From positions 34,385 to 98,384 of the forward strand of contig JAQGGW010000008.1 of the NCBI GenBank assembly GCA_028289135.1: a stretch of DNA of 64,000 nucleotides, given 5' to 3'. Below, piece by piece: positions 56,747 through 64,000 of this stretch. The DNA comes from Candidatus Saccharimonadota bacterium. Its GTDB lineage: Bacteria; Patescibacteriota; Saccharimonadia; Saccharimonadales; JACDBH01. The translations under genes and the position numbers were made by a program. The notes under the pieces were generated by a model. That model had not been told where the DNA came from and ran no database searches. It worked only from the letters and a program-made list of their open reading frames with translations. The first letter of the stretch is position 1, and every line of letters starts with the position of its first letter.

Positions 56747-58333
56747 TTAACGCTCCAAAGCACGCTTCATCTTGGCGGCTTTTTCTAGTAAGTTAATCAT
56801 CCATCCATCCGCGACCTTAGTGCCCTTAACGGATGCTACGTATGCTTCGATTTCCGCTGGAGTTTTAGCAAAATAATCATTAAAGTCTTTTAGTACTCCA
56901 GGTTCCGGCGAAGTACCATAGAACTTTTGTTTGGCCTTTTCAAAATCTTCTTTAAGTCGATCTGCCTCGGTATTGATCTTTATTCGGGTCTCTACGCGCT
57001 CCGCACCGCGTTCAACATTTTGCTGGATGCGCACTACAGCTGCAGAAGCAAGCAGCGCCGTCTTAAGTTCATGAGAAATGTTTGCAGTGTTTGCAAGTCT
57101 TTCAAGAGCAATTGCATCACCCATTTCAAAAGGTTTCCCCGCTTCAGTAAATATTCTTTTGTCATGCCTGCTTGGCTTGCCGTTAACGTAGCTGGTAATA
57201 GCCGTTTTAAGGTCGGCGTTCAACGTCTCTAGTTCGATATGGCGTTTTAGCTGGCCAACGGCATTGACGGCAAGCTCCATTTTTTGTGTAACTAACGGAC
57301 GGCCTGTTGCTGCAGCGTGGCGGTCCGCAATGTTAACATCAGGAAGAGTCACCAAGTTATCAAAAATAATGAGGTCTGCTGGAGTTGCATCTGCCTGAAA
57401 ACTATCAAGTGCCTCATTTGCTGTTTTTTGGGCTGCTTCCAACGGCGTTGGCTTGGGGTGTGCCGGATCATGGTCATGCCCGTGCTCGTCGTGCCCATGC
57501 CCATGCCCGCCTTGGTTCCATGTCCATGGCTTGTAAGCTACTTTGTGATGGCCGTGGTTTTGCACAATGGCATGGTACTTAGTACCCTTTTCCATTGCTT
57601 TTTCAAATCTCGCGAGTGCGCTTCGAACAAGTTTTGCATCTTGCGAGTTAGGGCCAGTTGCTAAATACATCCGCAATTTTTCGGGGTGGGTCAGCTGGTT
57701 AAACGAACGAAGTTCGGGGTTTGTAGGATCTGCAGCGACTAGACGGCCAGTGCTGTCATACATTGGCCGTGTTTCGTCCTTTATGCCTAATCCCTCTGGG
57801 TTCACATAGCTCCTTGTAATTAGCCAAAGTATCCGGGCCTCCGACAAGCTGGCATCTCGTACATTAGCCGCATGATCCATATGCTCGGCAGTTTTACGGG
57901 AAGCGTCGGTTGGGTCAGCATGAAAACGTACTACGTTCGGCCTAGTGAACACTGGTCGTCTTACCCTATAGTCGATTATATTTCCTGATTGGCCGTATAT
58001 TGGTTCGGTCGACACTTCGTAAGTTATATTACCCCTTTCATCAGTGCCTGAAGGCCTCATCAATACAGGCTGGCCTTTGGGATCCTTTGCAACAATCTCA
58101 TTAGGACCGTGCGGAGAGTCGCTTGGAACCCTAGCTCCAGACTGTGGAACTCCCTCGGTGTATATCTTTAAGAGGTTCTCTCCAGCCAGCTTGGATCTAT
58201 CACCCTCGGTTGCTGTTGGGTCTTTTTTTATCTCTAACCCATCATAATGAGTGAACCCATCTTGTAGAATGATGTTTGGTAGGAGATTGCCGTCTGCGTC
58301 ACTGATTGAACTGTTTATGTTTTTTTCTGCCAT
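56747..58333 (-). CDS. Hypothetical soluble protein with His-rich segment (candidate effector)
   Basis: 528 aa, no signal peptide or TM; TTGCTT-17-TACAAT-6-ATG upstream; terminator downstream. Confidence 0.7.
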   Translation of the reverse strand: MAEKNINSSISDADGNLLPNIILQDGFTHYDGLEIKKDPTATEGDRSKLAGENLLKIYTEGVPQSGARVPSDSPHGPNEIVAKDPKGQPVLMRPSGTDERGNITYEVSTEPIYGQSGNIIDYRVRRPVFTRPNVVRFHADPTDASRKTAEHMDHAANVRDASLSEARILWLITRSYVNPEGLGIKDETRPMYDSTGRLVAADPTNPELRSFNQLTHPEKLRMYLATGPNSQDAKLVRSALARFEKAMEKGTKYHAIVQNHGHHKVAYKPWTWNQGGHGHGHDEHGHDHDPAHPKPTPLEAAQKTANEALDSFQADATPADLIIFDNLVTLPDVNIADRHAAATGRPLVTQKMELAVNAVGQLKRHIELETLNADLKTAITSYVNGKPSRHDKRIFTEAGKPFEMGDAIALERLANTANISHELKTALLASAAVVRIQQNVERGAERVETRIKINTEADRLKEDFEKAKQKFYGTSPEPGVLKDFNDYFAKTPAEIEAYVASVKGTKVADGWMINLLEKAAKMKRALER

Positions 58334-58353
58334 AACTGAATTGTAGCATATTA

Positions 58354-58368
58354 TTGCTTAAAAAGCAA
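58354..58368. promoter_or_regulatory. Palindrome TTGCT-N5-AGCAA overlapping a -35 element
   Basis: Second copy of the motif at 56636-56650, same spacing to a TGc-extended -10. Confidence 0.55.
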
Positions 58369-58385
58369 CCCCCTACGTACGCCCG

Positions 58386-61300
58386 TTAAAGAGCTGGGGT
58401 AACAGGTGGCAGATCTCCTGGAGCAGCAGGGCGGCCACCCTGCTCGTAGTCCGTTCCATACTGACGGGAGACTTCCCTGACTTCCTTACTGTTGCGGGCA
58501 AGTTCTGCCATTCGTGCTTTAGTTATTGTAGAGTCCTTAAGCACTCGTCGGCCAGTAGGACGAGTATGAGGTGAACCATCAGGAGTAGGCCCTGGGATGA
58601 CCTCGGTCTCTTCTGTCCATATGCTTGGCCCCAACATTTCTAGCTGAGCAGGGCTTAGTTTAGTAAGGTCTTGTACTTCCCTACCAAACCCTTTAGCCAG
58701 CATTTCTCTTTTCTGGCTGGTTGTTGCGCCTTCAACTCCTTCGTAATATTTAACAAGTGAATCTGCCAAGCTTCGTGAATCGCCGGTTGTAACAGCATCT
58801 TCTACGTCTTTATTGACAAAGTTAACAAACTTTTGGGTGGCTGGGTCTTTGACGTTAGGGCCCATCCACTGCGAACCGTGCGACTGGGCAAAGGATCGCC
58901 TAGCTACGGCCTCGGCTAAGATGCTTGGATCTTCTCTGACGTCTAGCCGGGGAGCATCAGCTGCTAACCTGTTACCCGCAATATCCGAAGCGAACATTTC
59001 TCCAGTTGTTTCGTCATAGCCCATCAAAGTACCGGTTCGCTCGGACTCCGCAATTGCCTCTGCGGAACCATGGCTTAACAGGCCTTCGTCCGGCCGGCCG
59101 GCGTTAGTGGAAACAGAACGGATACGACCGTTCAAATATGCCCTTAGTCCAGCATCCCCATGACCTACTTCGGCTGTAAGGTGTCTTGCTGCTGCCATAG
59201 AGCTGAGCCTGGTCTGCTCTTTGCCATCTTTATCTATATACTTGTAACCATACATAGTTCCGCCGGCGGCAGCTTTGTCAAATGCAGCCAGCTTCATCCC
59301 GGCCATACCGTATTCCTTGACCAGGTTATCGTAATCAATTCCGTTATTTTTTAAGGATTCGCCATTCCGTCCTGTGTCCCCAAGCATTTTTAAGAACTCT
59401 TCACGGTTGGTCGCAATTGACGCTGCGTACATAAAGTTATCATCCCCAAGCACCCTTTGTCCTATCTCGCTTTTATCCTGTAGCATTCTTTGGGATTGTG
59501 AAAGGGCATGACCCATATGGTTAACCCCAAGTTCATTTTTCCATTTTCGTGGATCAGCACCAAGCTTATTAATATTAGATGCCTTGCCTAATGCGCTGTT
59601 AACCCTATTCTTAAAAGCGCTGCTTCCAGGCCTCTTGAAGAACTGGTCGTTTTGCAGGCGATGGAATTTGGCTTGCCGGCCCTTCTTCTGACGGTCGAAC
59701 AAGCCCTTGCTCTTGTCGTTGGCCATGCCGGAGATGGTTGCAAAGGCTCCGCCAGCGAACTTGAAGGCAGCCGGGATGAATACAAGCGGCAATATATATG
59801 CAGCAATCTTAAACAAGAAGCTTGCTATGCCCCCAGCGTTGGTGGTGTCGATAATATAGGCAAAGACGTGTCCTACGGATATAAGAATCATCATAAGCGG
59901 ATATACAAGCAGTAGCCTGCTAAAGCTGTCCCACCAAGCTTTCCAAAGCTTATTATTCATAGGGAATATCCACGGTAATATGGCTAATGGCGACACGAGC
60001 AGCAACGCTACTAGAAAAATTTGCCGCAGCACAATGACACCGTATGTTACCGCTAGGAATAGTAATATGGTGCCCAGGAAGAACCACACGATTAGTATCA
60101 GTGCCGCAATAGCAGGCAGTAATAAGATAACATTGTTAACAAAGGACTCGACTCCGCCGTCGAATACGCAGGATAAAGTAATCTCGGTTGGACAACGGCC
60201 TGTGGAGCTTACGAACGGCTGTTCTATAATGCCCTTCACTCCTCCTCCGACGACGTTTGTTAAGTTAATGACAAACAAGCATAAATACCATGACAGCGCG
60301 ATAAAGATGACGCCAACTACCATGCGTGGCAAAGCCTTTTTAACGGTATATGCATCAAATGGCCCAACGTTGATTGCGGTGCCAATAACCATTACGAGCA
60401 TGATGGGTATCAAAATTAAATAAGCCAGGTCACGCATGCGAACCCAGGTTACTTTTAGCTGGCGCGTGCTTTCCGAGGTGCCACTTGTGCAACCCGTTGT
60501 ATTATCCTTACAATTACTTGCATTGCCGCTCACTATGTCTGAAGCCAGCTGGTTTTGGATCAAGTCGTCAACCGCTTTCAAGCCTTTAGAGATTGAGTCG
60601 ATAACCGGACAAGCTATCCAACCTATAAAGCCGTTAAGTGATTCGCATGAACTTGCCCCGCCGCCTATATCGCCATTCCCTGGTAGCTGATTGGCTGGAT
60701 TATTTGGATCCACATTGCCCCCAGGGTTAGTCGCCGTATCATCATCAAAGGCAAGGATAATAGTACTAGTTCCGTTATCCCTCACCTCTTCAACATATGT
60801 ACAAGAACCTTTTGGTGACGCGTTGTATTTATACAAGATATTCGGAATGGCGGAGGATTCGTATGCGTAAACCACATCATTATTACAGGCATCAGATTTA
60901 TTGCCGAAGACAACAGCCGCGCTCCCTTCCAATACGTCTCCGCCTGTTTTTTGGAGCGTAGTACCCGTAATTTTAGCGAGTTTCCCAATGCCAAAGTGTG
61001 AACCTTTAACCTCGTTAATGCCGCCATCGGCAGTGTAGTAAAAGCTAAAAGCAGCCCGGTGATAACTCGTATCGTTGCCCGCGCTATTTATATACTCTTC
61101 ATTTAGTACATCTTCGTAATTCAGCCCCCAAAGCGGAATACCCGGAATGGCTGGTAGTGCCGCCAAACTTGATAATGCCCCTGAGGATTTCGTATCATCA
61201 GTAAGCCCAGATATGAGCGTAATACACGTACTGCTTGCGCTCGGAAGCGATAAAGCGCTGGTTGGAATCTTAATTTCAAATTTCCTGTCCCTATTCTCGA

Positions 61301-62303
61301 TAATTTTATAGATACTACTTTCTGTGGAGCTATTAATAGCACCCTCTATACTTAGCGAAGAACTACACGATCCTGTCGTATCGGTAAATTGGTTGTCGGT
61401 ATCATCGGTGTAATTATCAAAAAGATGGCGCGTAATATCAAAAGGCACGGTCGAGCCGTTAACGGTAAGGGTGCCTGTTATCTTTAAGTCAATTTGGCTT
61501 CTTGAGTAGAACTTAAAGGTAAAAGCACTGAGGCTCGTAACATTGTCGGCGGCCGGAGGCGTAGGGCTCGGAGCCCCAGGGCTTCCACCGCTGCTGATTA
61601 CGGTGAGCTTTAAGATATCGCGTAATGCTTTGACCTTGTCCCCACCCGATATAGTCTGTGGCTTGGGTGTGATATTACCGTCGCCGGTGGCTGTCGTACC
61701 GCTGTTGTGTCCTGGTTTGGCAATTACCATGTCGGCAATTGCGCCAGCCGCATTAACGGTTACCGATCCGTGATCAGCCCTGCTGCCACGGTCATCGCTT
61801 ATAAACCTCCAATCTGAAGTTCCTTGCCCATTCCTGATATAGTCACCCGGCGGGAACGCCTGTCCGCTCCTGCTGCCGCACCCACCGCCACCTACATTTA
61901 TTTGAACAAGGTTTGTAATGCCTTGCGCTATCAAAACCTTTTTTATATCAGAAACTTTGAGATAATCAGCGCTTGACGCGTCAGCGTGGGCAATATAGAT
62001 ACTCCCGTAAAGGGTATTTGAGGTTGCCACTCTAGTCGCTCCTCCGTTACGAGACCCTCCATTATTAAGGATAGTTGCTAGATCAATTGCGGCGTCAGAG
62101 AGGCCGCTGACAGCTGGGTTGACTATCAATAAGTCGCAGCTGCCTGCAATTATCTTGCCGTTGCTGTCTAGGGTAAGCGGTGTTGCAAAGACTTTTTGGT
62201 AAGAGATAAGCATAACAAAAGATAAGGCTGCGATAGTCCAGAGAATAGAACTTCCCTTCCGCAAGCTTCTTGTTCGTGTCTTAATGCTATTGCGTAATTT
62301 CAT
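58386..62303 (-). CDS. Extended VirB6/TrbL-like polytopic T4SS protein
   Basis: Signal peptide, ~550-aa exported region, 'GWIACP', 'W..MRDLAY', 'YTVKKALPR', 'RQIFLVALLLVSPLAIL..IFP...LWKAWW', long C-terminal tail. Confidence 0.75.
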   Translation of the reverse strand: MKLRNSIKTRTRSLRKGSSILWTIAALSFVMLISYQKVFATPLTLDSNGKIIAGSCDLLIVNPAVSGLSDAAIDLATILNNGGSRNGGATRVATSNTLYGSIYIAHADASSADYLKVSDIKKVLIAQGITNLVQINVGGGGCGSRSGQAFPPGDYIRNGQGTSDWRFISDDRGSRADHGSVTVNAAGAIADMVIAKPGHNSGTTATGDGNITPKPQTISGGDKVKALRDILKLTVISSGGSPGAPSPTPPAADNVTSLSAFTFKFYSRSQIDLKITGTLTVNGSTVPFDITRHLFDNYTDDTDNQFTDTTGSCSSSLSIEGAINSSTESSIYKIIENRDRKFEIKIPTSALSLPSASSTCITLISGLTDDTKSSGALSSLAALPAIPGIPLWGLNYEDVLNEEYINSAGNDTSYHRAAFSFYYTADGGINEVKGSHFGIGKLAKITGTTLQKTGGDVLEGSAAVVFGNKSDACNNDVVYAYESSAIPNILYKYNASPKGSCTYVEEVRDNGTSTIILAFDDDTATNPGGNVDPNNPANQLPGNGDIGGGASSCESLNGFIGWIACPVIDSISKGLKAVDDLIQNQLASDIVSGNASNCKDNTTGCTSGTSESTRQLKVTWVRMRDLAYLILIPIMLVMVIGTAINVGPFDAYTVKKALPRMVVGVIFIALSWYLCLFVINLTNVVGGGVKGIIEQPFVSSTGRCPTEITLSCVFDGGVESFVNNVILLLPAIAALILIVWFFLGTILLFLAVTYGVIVLRQIFLVALLLVSPLAILPWIFPMNNKLWKAWWDSFSRLLLVYPLMMILISVGHVFAYIIDTTNAGGIASFLFKIAAYILPLVFIPAAFKFAGGAFATISGMANDKSKGLFDRQKKGRQAKFHRLQNDQFFKRPGSSAFKNRVNSALGKASNINKLGADPRKWKNELGVNHMGHALSQSQRMLQDKSEIGQRVLGDDNFMYAASIATNREEFLKMLGDTGRNGESLKNNGIDYDNLVKEYGMAGMKLAAFDKAAAGGTMYGYKYIDKDGKEQTRLSSMAAARHLTAEVGHGDAGLRAYLNGRIRSVSTNAGRPDEGLLSHGSAEAIAESERTGTLMGYDETTGEMFASDIAGNRLAADAPRLDVREDPSILAEAVARRSFAQSHGSQWMGPNVKDPATQKFVNFVNKDVEDAVTTGDSRSLADSLVKYYEGVEGATTSQKREMLAKGFGREVQDLTKLSPAQLEMLGPSIWTEETEVIPGPTPDGSPHTRPTGRRVLKDSTITKARMAELARNSKEVREVSRQYGTDYEQGGRPAAPGDLPPVTPAL

Positions 62304-62733
62304 AGTAGCTCACTAGTGATTTCTTATTACTCTCTATTACGTAGACGGTCATTACATAGCTTGGATTTACGGCCTTATCCTCTAGGTGGATTATTTGAAC
62401 CCCAAATTTAGTTTCTTGTGATTTGTAGATAAACTTACCCGTTCCTATTAAGGCGTGAAGCCGTGCCGATTCATTTTTAAACGTACTGAGTGGGGTATTT
62501 TTCTGAAAAGAAGTGGTAGTTAGCGCATAGGCCGCATCGGGCTTCTGGTCTTTTATAAAGCTGCCAGTAAACTTTTTGGCTACTTGTTGCTGGGGCGTCC
62601 CGCTACTTTTTACGCTAAAGGCTAGCAGCAAAATGAATAATAAAGCTACAAACGCTCCTATTATAAGCAAAGCTTTGCGAGACAAGCCTCTTCTGGGCGT
62701 TCGAACACCACCATACTGTGCTTCAGGGTTCAT
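62287..62733 (-). CDS. Membrane-anchored hypothetical protein
   Basis: N-terminal TM; 'VAKKF......DAAYALTT..FQ' pattern; overlaps the start of the virB6-like gene. Confidence 0.7.
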   Translation of the reverse strand: MNPEAQYGGVRTPRRGLSRKALLIIGAFVALLFILLLAFSVKSSGTPQQQVAKKFTGSFIKDQKPDAAYALTTTSFQKNTPLSTFKNESARLHALIGTGKFIYKSQETKFGVQIIHLEDKAVNPSYVMTVYVIESNKKSLVSYYEITQ

Positions 62734-62838
62734 TCCCTATATTTTAGCAGTCAGATGCACTATAGCCAAAATAAAGCTTATGCTACCTTGCATCTAACTT
62801 TGACACTTTTTCTATTCATGAAGTAAAATGCTTACAGT

Positions 62839-63525
62839 ATGTTATATAAACAGATACAAAAAATAACCAAAATCAAAATAATTATAGGAATGGCCGTAGT
62901 TTTATGGTTACTTATTACACCTTCTTTTGCTTATGCGGCTGCTACTTGTCCTGATGGATCAGCTGCGGCTCCTGGAACCGCTTGTTCGGATGGCACATAT
63001 CCTGTAGGCGATCCAACCCTACCGATACGTTGTCCTGGTGGCCCGGCCGGTCCCGAGCCTGCCGCGTATAAAACTAACTGCCCTACTCGTCCAGGACGAT
63101 CGGCTTGCACCTACACGGAAGCAACCATGAAATGTATTAGTAGTTCTGGGACTGATGTTAGTCATGGTGATGCTTATGCCGCCAACGGTGGACCAGTCGT
63201 TTCTAGTGATACCGACCCCGCATCCAACGTTTCAATCTCTGAGCCAAACGCTAAGACCAACGACTGTACTGGCGCGGCCATTAACCGGGATAATTGCGGT
63301 ATTGTAAAGTATTTAGCGTTTTTTATTAATATACTTTCTGCGGTTGTTGGGATTGTGGTAACGGGCGTAATCATTTGGGGTGGTATTGAATACTCCACAT
63401 CTGGCGGCGACCCCGCTAAGGTGCAGGCCGCTAAAAAGAAAATTTATAATGGAGTATTCTCGCTCATAGCCTTTATCTTCACCTATGCATTCTTGCAGTA
63501 CATTATACCTGGAGGCGTTCTGTGA
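62839..63525 (+). CDS. T4SS pilin (TrbC/VirB2-like) with Cys/Pro-rich N-terminal extension
   Basis: 'INILSAVVGIV...IIWGGIEYSTSGGDPAKVQAAKKKIYN'. Confidence 0.85.
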   Translation: MLYKQIQKITKIKIIIGMAVVLWLLITPSFAYAAATCPDGSAAAPGTACSDGTYPVGDPTLPIRCPGGPAGPEPAAYKTNCPTRPGRSACTYTEATMKCISSSGTDVSHGDAYAANGGPVVSSDTDPASNVSISEPNAKTNDCTGAAINRDNCGIVKYLAFFINILSAVVGIVVTGVIIWGGIEYSTSGGDPAKVQAAKKKIYNGVFSLIAFIFTYAFLQYIIPGGVL

Positions 63526-64000
63526 TTCTTATTAAAAAGTTTGCGGCAACGGGGGTCATATCTTTTTTCATGCTTCTAGTCGGAGCGTCGTCACTACCTA
63601 TGCATGCTAGTGCCGCTGTTGATCCGTTATGCGACAAATCCAGTTTCCTTTTAGGGCTGCCTACCTGGTATGAATATCTTGAGGTCGGCAAAGAGTTTGC
63701 GCCAGACGGGATAACAGTTGTCGATAAGTGTGCGGTTATAGGTCCAGCAAAGGAAGGATCGACGGATCTAGACTTAGCAAAAGTGATCCCACTCGTAGGG
63801 CTGGCGGTTCTCGAGATAATGCTTCGGATAGGCGGGCTCGCAGGCTTCTTCTTCGTAATTTACGGTGGTTTTAGATACATTACCTCTCAGGGCGAGCCAG
63901 ATAAAACCAAGCAAAGCCGCCAAACCATAACTAACGCACTTATTGGCATGGTCATTAGTATTATCGCCGCCGCCGCCGTATCATTTATTGCAAATACCCT
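63522..64000 (+). CDS. Second T4SS pilin (runs off the window end; missing from the ORF track)
   Basis: GTG 63522 overlaps the upstream TGA; open frame '..FLLGLPTWYEYL..FVIYGGFRYITSQGEPDKTKQSRQTITNALIG..'. Confidence 0.85.
   Translation, partial: MILIKKFAATGVISFFMLLVGASSLPMHASAAVDPLCDKSSFLLGLPTWYEYLEVGKEFAPDGITVVDKCAVIGPAKEGSTDLDLAKVIPLVGLAVLEIMLRIGGLAGFFFVIYGGFRYITSQGEPDKTKQSRQTITNALIGMVISIIAAAAVSFIANT

Noticed and set aside
1..64000. Alternative genetic code (UGA=Gly, as in Gracilibacteria/Absconditabacteria)
   Set aside because: Conserved genes are full length under code 11 and several end in TGA with ATGA/GTGA overlaps
43617..64000. Prophage or ICE
   Set aside because: No terminase, capsid, integrase or relaxase; hydrolases have signal peptides or TMs and sit in a T4SS operon

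Overview
Bacterial chromosomal window, genetic code 11. It is most likely from a Candidatus Saccharibacteria/Patescibacteria (CPR) genome, inferred from the PrgI/VirB4/VirB6-like/T4SS-pilin locus, short Jag without yidD, and many orphan membrane proteins. Left to right: (1) 1-4.7 kb accessory region downstream of a minus-strand tRNA-Asn(GTT), holding two covarying copies of a ~165-nt tRNA-linked structured repeat and a DUF3800 gene followed by its own promoter and a small structured RNA; (2) a LexA-N-only regulator and a ~32-kb surface-glycan locus (GtrA, two O-antigen-ligase-like proteins, priming transferase, galE, manC, fcl, gmd fused to a Dabb domain, wzm/wzt, ~14 glycosyltransferases including GT11, two methyltransferases, and an Ig-repeat surface protein); (3) the origin region jag-yidC-rnpA-rpmH / dnaA-oriC-dnaN-recF; (4) a ~20-kb type IV secretion-like locus with multi-domain peptidoglycan hydrolases, two possibly co-regulated orphan genes and two pilins. 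No CRISPR, rRNA, transposase or integrase was seen. All protein calls come from motif recognition by eye, not database searches.
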